DNA of 64,000 nucleotides from Candidatus Vogelbacteria bacterium RIFOXYD1_FULL_46_19 (GTDB taxonomy: Bacteria > Patescibacteriota > Minisyncoccia > Phycocordibacterales > XYD1-FULL-46-19): contig MHTK01000002.1 in the NCBI GenBank assembly GCA_001824825.1, positions 6,020 through 70,019 of the forward strand. The letters run 5' to 3'. Below are positions 8,608 to 19,494 of this stretch, piece after piece. The first letter of the stretch is position 1. Each line of letters opens with the position of its first letter. Made by a program: the position numbers and the translations under genes. The notes under the pieces are model-generated. The model made no database searches. It was not told the DNA's origin and worked only from the letters and a program-made list of their open reading frames with translations.

Positions 8608-11600
8608 ATGAATGAAAATAATATTGAGTCTAATATTCCCAAACTGGATTACAATAATCTCCGGCTAACTCTTCACGACCTAACCCGAAAATTAAAAAAT
8701 TTACCAAAGCCTGACTTGTCGGGCTTTGGACCATCTAGAATTGAAGAAATTAAAAAACAATTAGAGAAACTCGCACCAGAAATTGAGGCCATAATATCTG
8801 ACCCGGCTATCAAATCCGAAAATAAAGAGCTTCTAAAAAATCAACTAAACAGAATCGAGGATAGATTAAATAAAACCTCTGACAATGAAACAAGCCCTTC
8901 AACCACTAAAGGCAGTGCAACAAAGGAAGAAAAGGAAGAGCAACTTGAAGTGGTGAAAAAAGCTTTTTTGAACGCTAAAGATATTATTGACACCCCAGAG
9001 GTAGACCCGGCCGATAAAAAGTCCGCAGTTGAAGCTTTCTATCAAGCTCGACAAGATTACTACCACCAAATGGAAGGAGGAGAAAAAGTGCCCGAAGAAT
9101 TAAAAGATGCCAACTTGCGTATTGCTAAAGTGGAAAAAGACCTGCAAACTCCCACCAATCAGGAATCCATTAAATCACCTGCAAAAACCAAACTAAAGCC
9201 AGATGAAATAACTCTAGAACCGGTCGACAAAACCGCCGGTAGGGCAATTAAATTTTCCGACACCGACCATCGAGAAATACAATCCGCCCTAAAACCAGAA
9301 ACCGAAACAGACAGTGCTCTTGATAGTTACTGGCGACTAGTAGAAGAAACGGCTAACCCCCAAGTACCCCCAACCATTCAAACACCGGAAGAACAAAAAC
9401 GTTCGAGGGGGCAGGTTAAAACCAATCAATTTGTCCAAGACCATCTCGGAATGCTATCACGTGCCGAAAGAGAAAAAATACCCTCAGGATTAAAACCTCA
9501 AGACCCAATTCAAGAACACCCGCCGGTAGTGGAGCCAGCGGCCACACTAGGGGCCGAGGCAACTCCTGTGTTAGTAGACAACGAGGAAAAAAAACCAGAC
9601 GAGCTGACTGCCTTGCTGGAAGAATCAAAGGTGCAAGAACAAGCGGAACTAGACAAAATTACTCAAGCCATCAGTGAAACTACCACTTTAGACGAACTTC
9701 AAACAGCGATCGATAACCTAGGTGGCTTGCAAGGAAGCGACTACTATTCATCGGAAGATCTGAAAAAGCAAATAGACCGTTATTTAATATCGTCAAATAA
9801 ATTCTTTTTAACTGGAGCCGGTGGCTTTCGCGACAAAATAGTGGAACTAGTAAAGCTAGATTCAACTAAAAGCTCAGAGGCCAAACTCCAGGAGCTCCCA
9901 GGATTTAAATTTAGAGACGGAGCAACAAGTACAGCCAGTAGCAATCAAGTAGAGCCAGCAACATCTGAGGTGGGTTCAGAAACAGAAGAAAAAACGGAAA
10001 AGGATGAAAACCTTCAAGACTTATTAGAAGCACTACTAGCTGAAGCTGATGATGAAAAAAATGCGTCTTTAACTCCAAACAACTTCTCCTCGACCAAATT
10101 ACCAACCCTAGAAAACAATGATGATAACACGGAGTTACCAGCTTTAGATCCAGTATTTGTCCAAGAAATGATGGCTAGCCTACCTCCAGAGGAAGTAGGT
10201 TCAGCCACCAACTTTGAAAGCTTGCCGACACCCACTCAAGAAAAAATTAAAGTAGGACTATACAATCTGGGCTGGCAGTTTAAAAAAACTAAAAGCGACT
10301 GGATGGCTCTGGCTCTTGAAAGTATGACCAGCAAGAAAGTTTCCGCTGACGAACTAAAAAATTTAAGCCCAGGCAAGCGTTTAGCCCACGGCTTAGCCGC
10401 CAGCTATCACCGCGATAGCCAGCAAGCCGAATCGCGAATGAGGGAAATAGCCCAGTTAAAAGCTAGGGGTGAAAGTACAAGTTTACTGAGGCATAAGCTA
10501 GGCAATGTAGGCCAACCTTTAAGCACACTTGTAAAAATCGGCCGCACTGTGGCTGACTTAACTGGGGTGGCGATCATTAATCCAACCCGATATGTTTTAG
10601 CCGCCAGTATGATGGCCGGACGAGTAGCGGAAGCTGGTAAAGAAGCTCGTTTTTCCAGTCAGATAACACTAAAGCGAGCTGGTGTAGAAAAGTATCAAAA
10701 CGAGCTTAATTTTGAAGAGCTGGCCTTTGGATCACTAAAAGAAAAATTTCAGCAATTTGAAAATTTTAAAAATCGTAAAAATCATTTACGAAAAATTGCT
10801 CGCGGTATCGCCGCAATGCCTAAAAGAACAACTGGTATGTCGGAAGAAGAAAAGACACAGTTCCAAGAGAATAAATTCACTGGCAATGAAGAACAACTAG
10901 ACTCAGTAAACATCGAAAATGCTTTGACTAAAGTGTCCGATTTTATTGCCGACGGCGTCCAAGGACTTTTACGTTTCGATACCCAACAAAACATTAACGC
11001 CATTGATAAGAAACTCCGTAAGTTAGAAACAAATAGCAAACTGACAGCCGAACAAAAAGAAGCGGTCAAACAAAAAATATTCAAGGCTCATAGCCGGCGA
11101 ATAAAAGATTTAGAAAGAATGACCAGTCGCTATGCCACCATTGATGTTTTGGCTCACACCGCGCGCACTTTAGAATTTGGCGCCAAAGCCACTACAAACA
11201 TTATGATGGTGGAAAGTTTACTGTTGGCGGCTGCCAATATTTACGATCACTTGTTACAGCAAACAGACGAAACAGTAGCCACCACTAATCAAATAGAACA
11301 AATTGAGAAAACCATAAGTGATGATTCACAATCTACCCCAGATGAAACCAATAAATCAACAGAAGATACCGGTCGTTTGTCCTACAACTACCTTTTACCA
11401 AGTGATGAAATGGAAACACAATCTGTCCCTGTTGCTAATGTCGGCTCAACACCAACAGAAAAATTAACAGCAGGTGACCCAGTAGATGTTGAACCTCAAG
11501 CTTCAAGCGAGAGGGTTATCCCACCTGTTTATCAAGAACTAGCCAAGTCAACCTCTCCAGCAGAAAGCGTCACCCCAGATGGAGAAAAACTACCCCTCCT

Positions 11601-12942
11601 CGAACAAACTGGGGCAGAAGTGTCCTATGGTGATAAAATCAGCGTCATTTATGACATCGGTCGCGGGGGCGACTTCGACTCACTCGACCAAGCTCTGCGC
11701 CGAATTGTGGTTCAAGAATACGACTTTAGTAGCGGTGACAAAATTTTAAGCCCAGTGGAAGCGGCTCAACTTGAAAATGTCTTGGCCAATGTCCGGGAGA
11801 TATTAGGCGGACGCACGATCGCCAGCCTCGGGCCTGATGACTTAAAAGGGGTAGCGGAATTTTCAGGTGGCAAACTCACTATTACCGACTACCAAGAATT
11901 TGATCAGAAAATTCTAAGCCCCTTATTTGAGCGAGCTAGCGAAAACATTACCGCCGACTCCCCGGCTGTAAAATTTGCTCAAGCTACTTCCATCGACAAA
12001 TGGCAAGAAATGTTAAGTCAACGGTTTACCTCAGACGACTATAAAGTGGCCACCAACTTCACCGAATCTCCAGCCAGCCCCGCTGTCATCGAGCCTGAAT
12101 CGGAAATGTCCAAAATAAACATCTCCACCAACTCAAGCATCCAACCCACCTCGGCTGAGGAAATTCTAATAAAAACCAAGGTTCCGGAAACACCAGCTGG
12201 TGAGCAAATTACACTTAAGGGCCCCGAAAGCTACAACTCGCCAGCCCCTACCGAAACTCCCCGTATCCCTGATAGTAAACTGATTGATCGAATAGCTGTC
12301 GAAGAAGCCATAGTAAATCTAGGTTACCGCTATAGCCTCCCCACTCCCTTAGCCAGAGCGGTTATGGAATTGGGGCTATCTGATCAGGTAGAGGGCTTAA
12401 CTGAAAGCGGAGTTGCGAAGCCCGGCAGTCAGTTTGATTTTCTGATCAAAATCTGTGGCCCTGATGGCTTTAGTCAAATCTTAAATGACTTAGGGCAAAT
12501 TGATCGTAATCAATTAAATATCTTTAATCAGCTTCACACCGACGGGGCCACTATCGAGCAAATTCGAAGCGCCATCAACTTTACCGATAAGATAAAGTGG
12601 GAGACCGGCCGAGAACTAGCTTTGGCGCGGGCCATCGCCTTCAATAAAACCGAATATTGGCAAGCTGCTTTGGGTAAGGATCTAGTCCCCAATGGGCCAC
12701 AAACAACGAGATTTACCAAAGACGGTGACTTAGTCTTAAAGCAAATTGAAGGACTGAAAGGATCTCTCATTATTGACCCCAACCGACAAAAAATAATGTT
12801 GACCAATCTATTCGACCGGAAGGGTATCAAACTTGAACCGGACCGCTATATTAGTTTTAAAGATAAACCAATTGCTGAGGCTCTAAATAAAGCCCGGGAA
12901 ATAGTGGCTAGCGCTCGCCTACGTGCTACCAAAGCGACCTAA
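8608..12942 (+). CDS. large hypothetical protein, 1444 aa
   Basis: Long uninterrupted ORF, E/K/T/S-rich coiled and low-complexity regions, weakly hydrophobic central segments. Confidence 0.85.
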   Translation: MNENNIESNIPKLDYNNLRLTLHDLTRKLKNLPKPDLSGFGPSRIEEIKKQLEKLAPEIEAIISDPAIKSENKELLKNQLNRIEDRLNKTSDNETSPSTTKGSATKEEKEEQLEVVKKAFLNAKDIIDTPEVDPADKKSAVEAFYQARQDYYHQMEGGEKVPEELKDANLRIAKVEKDLQTPTNQESIKSPAKTKLKPDEITLEPVDKTAGRAIKFSDTDHREIQSALKPETETDSALDSYWRLVEETANPQVPPTIQTPEEQKRSRGQVKTNQFVQDHLGMLSRAEREKIPSGLKPQDPIQEHPPVVEPAATLGAEATPVLVDNEEKKPDELTALLEESKVQEQAELDKITQAISETTTLDELQTAIDNLGGLQGSDYYSSEDLKKQIDRYLISSNKFFLTGAGGFRDKIVELVKLDSTKSSEAKLQELPGFKFRDGATSTASSNQVEPATSEVGSETEEKTEKDENLQDLLEALLAEADDEKNASLTPNNFSSTKLPTLENNDDNTELPALDPVFVQEMMASLPPEEVGSATNFESLPTPTQEKIKVGLYNLGWQFKKTKSDWMALALESMTSKKVSADELKNLSPGKRLAHGLAASYHRDSQQAESRMREIAQLKARGESTSLLRHKLGNVGQPLSTLVKIGRTVADLTGVAIINPTRYVLAASMMAGRVAEAGKEARFSSQITLKRAGVEKYQNELNFEELAFGSLKEKFQQFENFKNRKNHLRKIARGIAAMPKRTTGMSEEEKTQFQENKFTGNEEQLDSVNIENALTKVSDFIADGVQGLLRFDTQQNINAIDKKLRKLETNSKLTAEQKEAVKQKIFKAHSRRIKDLERMTSRYATIDVLAHTARTLEFGAKATTNIMMVESLLLAAANIYDHLLQQTDETVATTNQIEQIEKTISDDSQSTPDETNKSTEDTGRLSYNYLLPSDEMETQSVPVANVGSTPTEKLTAGDPVDVEPQASSERVIPPVYQELAKSTSPAESVTPDGEKLPLLEQTGAEVSYGDKISVIYDIGRGGDFDSLDQALRRIVVQEYDFSSGDKILSPVEAAQLENVLANVREILGGRTIASLGPDDLKGVAEFSGGKLTITDYQEFDQKILSPLFERASENITADSPAVKFAQATSIDKWQEMLSQRFTSDDYKVATNFTESPASPAVIEPESEMSKINISTNSSIQPTSAEEILIKTKVPETPAGEQITLKGPESYNSPAPTETPRIPDSKLIDRIAVEEAIVNLGYRYSLPTPLARAVMELGLSDQVEGLTESGVAKPGSQFDFLIKICGPDGFSQILNDLGQIDRNQLNIFNQLHTDGATIEQIRSAINFTDKIKWETGRELALARAIAFNKTEYWQAALGKDLVPNGPQTTRFTKDGDLVLKQIEGLKGSLIIDPNRQKIMLTNLFDRKGIKLEPDRYISFKDKPIAEALNKAREIVASARLRATKAT

Positions 12943-12991
12943 ACAGCCCGACCCACCCGGGCCCCCACTTGAAGTTCTACCTTAAAAATAG

Positions 12992-13024
12992 TTATCCACA
13001 ACTATTCCACTTGGCTGTGGATAA
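12992..13024. promoter_or_regulatory. inverted pair of perfect DnaA boxes
   Basis: TTATCCACA at 12992-13000 and TGTGGATAA at 13016-13024. Confidence 0.6.
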
Positions 13025-13089
13025 CATCTCATCAATGTTATAATTACCACTATATTTACTAGCTTAAAAGTATTAACTGCCGTCTTTTT

Positions 13090-15237
13090 ATGAAATATTT
13101 ATTCAACTTATTAACCCTCGTGGCCCTGATTTTAATCCCCACTTTTGGACGAGCCCAATCAGGATCTACTGGCTACTGTTACAACTTCACCCGAAATTTA
13201 ATTCCAACATCAGTAGGAGCAGACGTTACCGCTCTACAAGATCTACTTCGCAGTGAAGGACATTTACAAATAGACAATTCCACTCGCTACTACGGCACGC
13301 AAACGACCGCCGCTTTAGCTAGCTGGCAAAGGGCTCACTGGCCCATCCCAGCCATTGGCCTCTTTGGTCCCTTAACTCGGGCAGCCTTTGTCAATCTCTG
13401 TCAGCAAGACGATAATCAAACAGATAATGAAACGGAAACCGGTACCACTCCCAACCTTAACCTATCAACCTCCGGCCCCAGCAAACTTACTACCGGCGAA
13501 ATAGGTACCTGGCAAGTAACTTCCAACGCGGAAATGGAACACACTGTCGTCTACAGCGCCAACTGGGGTGACAATATAATGACTCCGGCCTTTAGACGAG
13601 CCGGTCCTAGAACTGTCCCCTTTACTCACACCTACCAAAAAGCCGGAACTTATGAAATTACCTTTACGGGTGACCAAACCACTGATATCACCGAAGTAAC
13701 GGTTTCGGACCCCAGTCCAACCACCGACAACCCTGATACCAATGAAAACCCCACTAACGAGGCGAACGACGAAGATGATCCAAATAACACCGAGAAGGAC
13801 CCCACTATCTCTTTCACTCCAGAAATAAGTAGCCCTGTTAATCTTGAGCCCTCAGACTCAATTAACTGGGAAGTCAAAGCGCAAGACAGCAACAATGATT
13901 TAAGATCTTTATCTTACCGCTGGGTCGACCAGAGAACGACTAACAAAGTAAATTCTCCAACAACTAGAGGCACTAGCCAGCTAACCAGAACAGTCAAGCG
14001 AGTATTTACCAGACCAGGAACCTATACCCTCTCAGTCGCCGCCGAAGATGCGGAGAAACGAGTCACCACTGAAAGTATTAAAGTGGTGGTCGGCGAAGTA
14101 TCGGCCAATAACGCCGGGCCATCAATTATACTTAACCCTAACAACCTGGATGGATCCACTCACACTATCCCGGCCGCTGTTAACTGGAGTGTAACTGCCA
14201 CCGATCCAACAGGCAACTTAAGCTCTTTAACTTATAAATGGTCAGACGAAGTTTACACTCACTACGCGGCCAGCAACCTTAACACGAGCAAAATTACTCG
14301 ATCAATCAGTCGTAGTTTTGCTCGAGCCGGCGCCTACAGTTTAACCATCATCGCCATCGACCGCACCGGCAACAAGGTCAACAAAACTGTCAAGATTACG
14401 GTCAATTCTACTGTTTCTGGCACCAACTCAGCTCCCGCCATCCAAGTAAGGTCCACCCCTCCCTCTAGCGCCCCCAGCGCTAATCAAAGCGCTAATATGC
14501 TAGGTACGATTAGTGGCACGGCTCCGATGACTGCCACTTGGAATGTCACCATTACCGATGCCGACCGCAACCTAAAATCTCTAACCTATTGGTGGTCTGG
14601 TGACTCCGGTTCAGAAATTGTCATGAATGCTCCCAACCTCACCACCGGCACCGATTACCTGACGACTCGCATCACCAAAACCTTCACTTCACCCGGCCAG
14701 TATTCTCTAAACTTAGTAGCGGTTGACACGGCCGGCGAGCGAACCAACCGACAAGCCGGAGCTAATATTCAATCACCAGTAAATCTAAGCAGTTATGCTC
14801 AACCGATTTTCATTAGTGAAATTCCCAGCACTTTAACCGTCGGTCAAAGGCTACCAGTCACTATTAAGATGATGAATACCGGCAACAGTACTTGGTACAG
14901 AAGTCAGACTATCGGAACAGTTGACCGTTCATTTAAACTTGGCTCTCAAAGTCCTCAAGACAATATCAACTGGGGAACAGCTCGGGTTAATTTAGAAGAA
15001 GATGTGACTCCTGGTAAAATTACAACGTTTAACTTTACGGTGACAGCTCCTAGTGAAGCGGGCTTCTACAATTTTCAGTGGAAAATGCTCCAGGAAAACT
15101 TAGGCTGGTTTGGCCGAGCCTTCCCTATCAATCCTAAAGTGATCGAGGTCAAAGCTGGCTCGACCACTTCCTCTGGTGAACTTAGTCAACTAGCTTCTTC
15201 CCTCCAAGCCTTAACCCAATTACTGAAAAATTACTAA
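13090..15237 (+). CDS. secreted surface protein: peptidoglycan-binding domain, PKD/Ig-like repeats, NBR1-Ig-like domain
   Basis: Signal peptide; GADVTALQxxL...YGxxTxxAL; repeated F/YxxxGxYxL; MxNTGxxTW...APxxxGxYxxQW. Confidence 0.8.
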   Translation: MKYLFNLLTLVALILIPTFGRAQSGSTGYCYNFTRNLIPTSVGADVTALQDLLRSEGHLQIDNSTRYYGTQTTAALASWQRAHWPIPAIGLFGPLTRAAFVNLCQQDDNQTDNETETGTTPNLNLSTSGPSKLTTGEIGTWQVTSNAEMEHTVVYSANWGDNIMTPAFRRAGPRTVPFTHTYQKAGTYEITFTGDQTTDITEVTVSDPSPTTDNPDTNENPTNEANDEDDPNNTEKDPTISFTPEISSPVNLEPSDSINWEVKAQDSNNDLRSLSYRWVDQRTTNKVNSPTTRGTSQLTRTVKRVFTRPGTYTLSVAAEDAEKRVTTESIKVVVGEVSANNAGPSIILNPNNLDGSTHTIPAAVNWSVTATDPTGNLSSLTYKWSDEVYTHYAASNLNTSKITRSISRSFARAGAYSLTIIAIDRTGNKVNKTVKITVNSTVSGTNSAPAIQVRSTPPSSAPSANQSANMLGTISGTAPMTATWNVTITDADRNLKSLTYWWSGDSGSEIVMNAPNLTTGTDYLTTRITKTFTSPGQYSLNLVAVDTAGERTNRQAGANIQSPVNLSSYAQPIFISEIPSTLTVGQRLPVTIKMMNTGNSTWYRSQTIGTVDRSFKLGSQSPQDNINWGTARVNLEEDVTPGKITTFNFTVTAPSEAGFYNFQWKMLQENLGWFGRAFPINPKVIEVKAGSTTSSGELSQLASSLQALTQLLKNY

Positions 15238-15253
15238 AATTACTTTACAGTAA

Positions 15254-15294
15254 CAAGCAAACTCTCGGTCCCACCAGACCGAGAGTTTTTGTTT
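15254..15294 (+). terminator. intrinsic terminator
   Basis: AAACTCTCGGTC-loop-GACCGAGAGTTT followed by T tract. Confidence 0.75.
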
Positions 15295-15428
15295 GGTTTT
15301 ATTCTATCAAAAATATTTAGCTCACCTTACCAGCTAAGGTATAATATAAATTATTCCCTGACTGACAATCAGCCTATCTACCAACCAAATTGAAAGTGCG
15401 TTTTAACCCAATTATTTAAGTTTACATT

Positions 15429-16391
15429 ATGATTTGGATTCTAAACCTTGCTTTGTTTGTAGGATCAGCCAGCCTCCTATACATAGCTAGTGAAATGATT
15501 GTCTCTGGACTAGTACGCCTGGCTCGCTATTTTGGTTGGAAAGAGTTTGTGGTAGCTTTTTTTGTGATGGCTATGGCCGCCTCTTTACCTAATTTTTTTG
15601 TTGGCCTAACTTCAGCCCTTAAAAACATTCCTCAGTTATCCTTCGGGGATATTATGGGTAATAACATTATTGCTCTTACTGTCGCCGTCGCTTTAGCGAC
15701 TTTTTTTGCTCCCAAAAAGGAACTCCCAGCCGATGGTCAGACTATTCAGTCGACCCTTATTTTCACCACCGTGGCCGCCCTCCTACCCCTCCTACTCATT
15801 GTCGATAATGTTTTGTCCCGGGGTGATGGGCTAATTTTAATTTTATTTTTCCTGTCTTACATTTATTGGCTGTTTTCTAAAAAAGAAAGATTCACTAAAA
15901 CTTATGATCCAACTGACACAGCCAAGCTAAACTTATCCCAAGCCCTACTAACCACCACTAAAATTACCGGTGGAATTGGCATCTTGTTTGTAGCCTCTCA
16001 AGGCATTGTACTATCAGCCACCTTCTTAGCCACTGACCTAGGACTGCCTTTGATTTTGGTCGGTATTATAATTTTGGGTCTGGGTAGCGCTCTGCCGGAA
16101 ATTTATTTTGCTTTCAGTTCAGCCAGGCGGGGGGAAACCGATATGATCTTAGGTAACTTGATGGGTTCGGTTATTATCCCCGCCTCTTTAATCTTAGGAT
16201 TAGTGGCCATTATTCACCCCATCAGCAGTCAAAGCCTAGCGTGGATTGCTAGCAGCCGGATGGTGCTCCTTCTAGCCATCATTCTATTTTTTGTCTTCAC
16301 GCGTTCCAGTCACAAAATTTCCCAACGTGAAAGTTTGATTTTACTGCTAGTTTATCTCGTGTTTATAATGACCATCATTTTTTATAAGTAG
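15429..16391 (+). CDS. sodium:calcium antiporter family protein
   Basis: Two alpha repeats (ASLPN / SALPE; GNN / GNLMGS); about 10 TM segments. Confidence 0.9.
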   Translation: MIWILNLALFVGSASLLYIASEMIVSGLVRLARYFGWKEFVVAFFVMAMAASLPNFFVGLTSALKNIPQLSFGDIMGNNIIALTVAVALATFFAPKKELPADGQTIQSTLIFTTVAALLPLLLIVDNVLSRGDGLILILFFLSYIYWLFSKKERFTKTYDPTDTAKLNLSQALLTTTKITGGIGILFVASQGIVLSATFLATDLGLPLILVGIIILGLGSALPEIYFAFSSARRGETDMILGNLMGSVIIPASLILGLVAIIHPISSQSLAWIASSRMVLLLAIILFFVFTRSSHKISQRESLILLLVYLVFIMTIIFYK

Positions 16392-16404
16392 AAAAATGAA
16401 TGAT

Positions 16405-18069
16405 CTAAATTTTACCAACAATTGGTTTAACCGGTAATTTAACATAGAAAGTACTGCCATGGCCGGAACCCTCCGACTCCGCCCAAATCTTACCCTGGTG
16501 AGCCTCCACAATTTTTTTAGCGATAAATAGGCCGTGTCCAGTGCTGTGAACGTTAATCTTGGCTGATTCCCTGCCTTTGCCACCTTCAGTAAATAGCTTT
16601 TTCTGATCATCATTAGAAAGACCAACACCTGTATCTTCAATCGAAAAAAGATAATTATTTGTATCTTGAGTTAACTTAACTTTAATGCCCCCGGTTAATG
16701 TGTAATTTAAAGCATTGTCAATTAGATTTTTAAATACATGTTCCACCAGTTGACCCTGATCCCCGGTAATCAAACCTTCGCCACTCGGTAGCCCAACCTC
16801 AAAACTTAACCCTTTATGCTTGGCCTGTTTTTCGTAATCGAGGCTTAATTTTTTTATAGTTTCAGTTAAAGAAAAAACTTTAAAATTATACTCTACCTTA
16901 CCACTACTAAGATCGGCTGACTTTAATATATTTTCTACAGTTTGACGTCCTTTGGCGTTAGATTCAGACGCTTCCTTAATCAATGATTTTACTGATTCTG
17001 GAACCAATCCATAGTCACCGCTTAAAATTGACTCATACGCAAATTGATTCTTAGTTAAATAATTTTTTACCTCGTGGCTTAAAAAATGAAGAAAATCCTC
17101 CTGCCCTTCATTAGATAAAGCCAATTTGTCATTGGTCGCTTTTAATTGTAGAGAAATCATTTCCTCACGTTCCTTGGCTTTGATTTCTCTCTTAACCCCA
17201 CGAATAGTGATAGCACTTAATATAATATAAACGACTAAGGTCAAAACAATAACAAAATAAATATAGGTCAGATCTTGCACAAATAGAAGTGAAGCAATGA
17301 CCAAACCCTGAGTCACTAATAGGGCTTTGACCCCAATTAACTTAATGTTAAAAGTATGAAATTTAACAATTAAGTAAGACAAAATGGCAGTAAAGATGAG
17401 CATCCCAAACAAACCCAACTGTTCTAGGGCAAACAGACCCAAAACCGAAGCGACCTGCCACGTAAAAATTAACAAGGCCACGAAAAATATAAGCCCCAAG
17501 GAAAACAGAAGTTTTTGCAGTCGATCTTTAGGATTGGCCGCTCGCTTTACTTTAACCACCCCCACCACCACCAACCAGACAAAAATTAATCCGGAAACAA
17601 TGTTTTGATAAAGATCCATCGCTGGTGAGGTAACTAGTTCACAATTAGTTAAATCAAAATATAGAATATTCCACGGTGAAAAAATCAAAGCTCCGGTTAA
17701 GGCAAACAAAGCAAACCAGAACAACTTGTAAGTCATCTTTACCGGCTTATCATTAAGAAACACATATAGCAAATACAGTGAAACGAGGGGTATGGAAAAC
17801 TGAATAAGCTGAGACAGTGGCCAAATAATGGTAATTAGATTAACGTTAACATTTGTCCATAAGATAAGGTTAAAAAATACTAATAGACAAAATAAAATAT
17901 TTAAGATTAATAAAACTTTAACGGCTAAACTTTGACGATTCTTATAAAATAAATATATCCCTGATCCTAACGCGACAAAAAAAGCCGGTAAATGTGAGTA
18001 ATACAAAAGCGGCAAAGCATCAGTTGAAAATAAGAAGTAAATTGGCGGTGCAACGTCAGTACAAAACAT
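16405..18069 (-). CDS. membrane sensor histidine kinase
   Basis: Multi-TM N-terminus; SHEVK H-box; NLIDNA, DTGVG, GHGLF, GSTF. Confidence 0.92.
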   Translation of the reverse strand: MFCTDVAPPIYFLFSTDALPLLYYSHLPAFFVALGSGIYLFYKNRQSLAVKVLLILNILFCLLVFFNLILWTNVNVNLITIIWPLSQLIQFSIPLVSLYLLYVFLNDKPVKMTYKLFWFALFALTGALIFSPWNILYFDLTNCELVTSPAMDLYQNIVSGLIFVWLVVVGVVKVKRAANPKDRLQKLLFSLGLIFFVALLIFTWQVASVLGLFALEQLGLFGMLIFTAILSYLIVKFHTFNIKLIGVKALLVTQGLVIASLLFVQDLTYIYFVIVLTLVVYIILSAITIRGVKREIKAKEREEMISLQLKATNDKLALSNEGQEDFLHFLSHEVKNYLTKNQFAYESILSGDYGLVPESVKSLIKEASESNAKGRQTVENILKSADLSSGKVEYNFKVFSLTETIKKLSLDYEKQAKHKGLSFEVGLPSGEGLITGDQGQLVEHVFKNLIDNALNYTLTGGIKVKLTQDTNNYLFSIEDTGVGLSNDDQKKLFTEGGKGRESAKINVHSTGHGLFIAKKIVEAHQGKIWAESEGSGHGSTFYVKLPVKPIVGKI

Positions 18070-18072
18070 GGT

Positions 18073-18405
18073 TTATATGTTAAATTCTTCAGGGCCGGTA
18101 CAAGTCTCCCCTTCTTCGACCTCATCTTCGGTGCAATAAGTTATACGACAATTTCCCGTACGACAAAAATCATAACAATCGTCACGAGCAGAACATAGTC
18201 CATAATCTTCAGCAGACATCAGGGTATATTTATAAAAACTCTGACTATCATAAAAACAAGCTTCCACTGCTGGATCACAATTAATAGTTGTTTTTATTAA
18301 AAATTTTTGACTAACAACAACGTAAAAATATCCCCACCCGCTCACCAAGACCAAGACCGAGACTGAAGCTGCAAATATAATCTTGTTGAGGTCTTTAGGC
18401 TTCAT
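18073..18405 (-). CDS. hypothetical Cys-rich membrane-anchored protein
   Basis: N-terminal TM helix; 8 Cys including CDPAVEACF. Confidence 0.7.
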   Translation of the reverse strand: MKPKDLNKIIFAASVSVLVLVSGWGYFYVVVSQKFLIKTTINCDPAVEACFYDSQSFYKYTLMSAEDYGLCSARDDCYDFCRTGNCRITYCTEDEVEEGETCTGPEEFNI

Positions 18406-18573
18406 AGACTAATCCAAGATTGAAATTAAAAGACGAGGCCCTTTTCTAATATGGTATTTAAAAAAAATATAACAACCGTCACAATTACTAAAATAACTAC
18501 GGAATTGAAATAACCTAGATCTAACTTCTGACAACAACTTTGAAGAAACTTTCATTAACTAAGTATATCAGCT

Positions 18574-19491
18574 TCAGGCTACGAACAGAAGATAAGTACC
18601 CACCCCAACCACCACCATAGCAAGCAACTTCTGAAAGATATATTTCAGCTCAATTTTTTCAGCTACTAAATTAGGAAAAACCAGAGTTAGTATGATTCCC
18701 AAGATGAGAACACTTAACGGTTGATAGGAGTTAACCAAGAGAACCAAGGCCACTGGTGCCAAAATAAAAGAATAGGCAAACAGAAAGTTGCCGACTAATA
18801 CTAATATTTCGTTTAAGATATTTATAGAAAATACTCCAGCTGAATTTCTTTTTACCATATAAACAAAGCCTTGCCGACACGATCTAAATCCAATAACTAG
18901 AAATAGTCCGACTAGAGCTAAACTAAAACTCTGCCAAAATAACGATATCCACAAGCTCTCTTCAACCGCCGCCAATTTAAATAAGACTGATTCAAAAGAT
19001 GAAAAAAAAGCAGCCAGAGTCATGAGGAACGCAGTTTTAGTTTTAAGATGAAACCGGTTGTCGCGGTCCACATCAATGGAAATAATTAAGGCCCCGATAA
19101 TAATTAAGGCCATAGCTGCTAACTGCATACTATTTAAAATTTCATTCAAGATGAAAAAACCCAGGATGTAACCGAAGACTGGTACTAGTTGATAAAAAAC
19201 TACCACCACCGAAGCTTCATCGTCCGCCAAAGCCACAAAGTAAAGATATAGGGCGGCTGTTTCCAATAAACCACTGGCTATAAGAATAGCCAAATTAAAA
19301 GGTGTGACATTAAAAACCAAGGGATTTAACCAATATAAAACGGGCATAGCCAAAAAACCAATCAGTGAAGAAAAAACCATCAAAGTTGAAATACCGGCAG
19401 TTTTGAAGTACTTCTCCAGTAACAACTTGTCTATATGGTTACCAATACTCCACAGTATCGGAGCGGCTATGGCGACAAAAAACCAACTCAT
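18574..19491 (-). CDS. EamA/DMT family transporter
   Basis: About 10 TM segments with duplicated DMT topology; adjacent to the PurD-like gene. Confidence 0.85.
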   Translation of the reverse strand: MSWFFVAIAAPILWSIGNHIDKLLLEKYFKTAGISTLMVFSSLIGFLAMPVLYWLNPLVFNVTPFNLAILIASGLLETAALYLYFVALADDEASVVVVFYQLVPVFGYILGFFILNEILNSMQLAAMALIIIGALIISIDVDRDNRFHLKTKTAFLMTLAAFFSSFESVLFKLAAVEESLWISLFWQSFSLALVGLFLVIGFRSCRQGFVYMVKRNSAGVFSINILNEILVLVGNFLFAYSFILAPVALVLLVNSYQPLSVLILGIILTLVFPNLVAEKIELKYIFQKLLAMVVVGVGTYLLFVA

Positions 19492-19494
19492 ATA

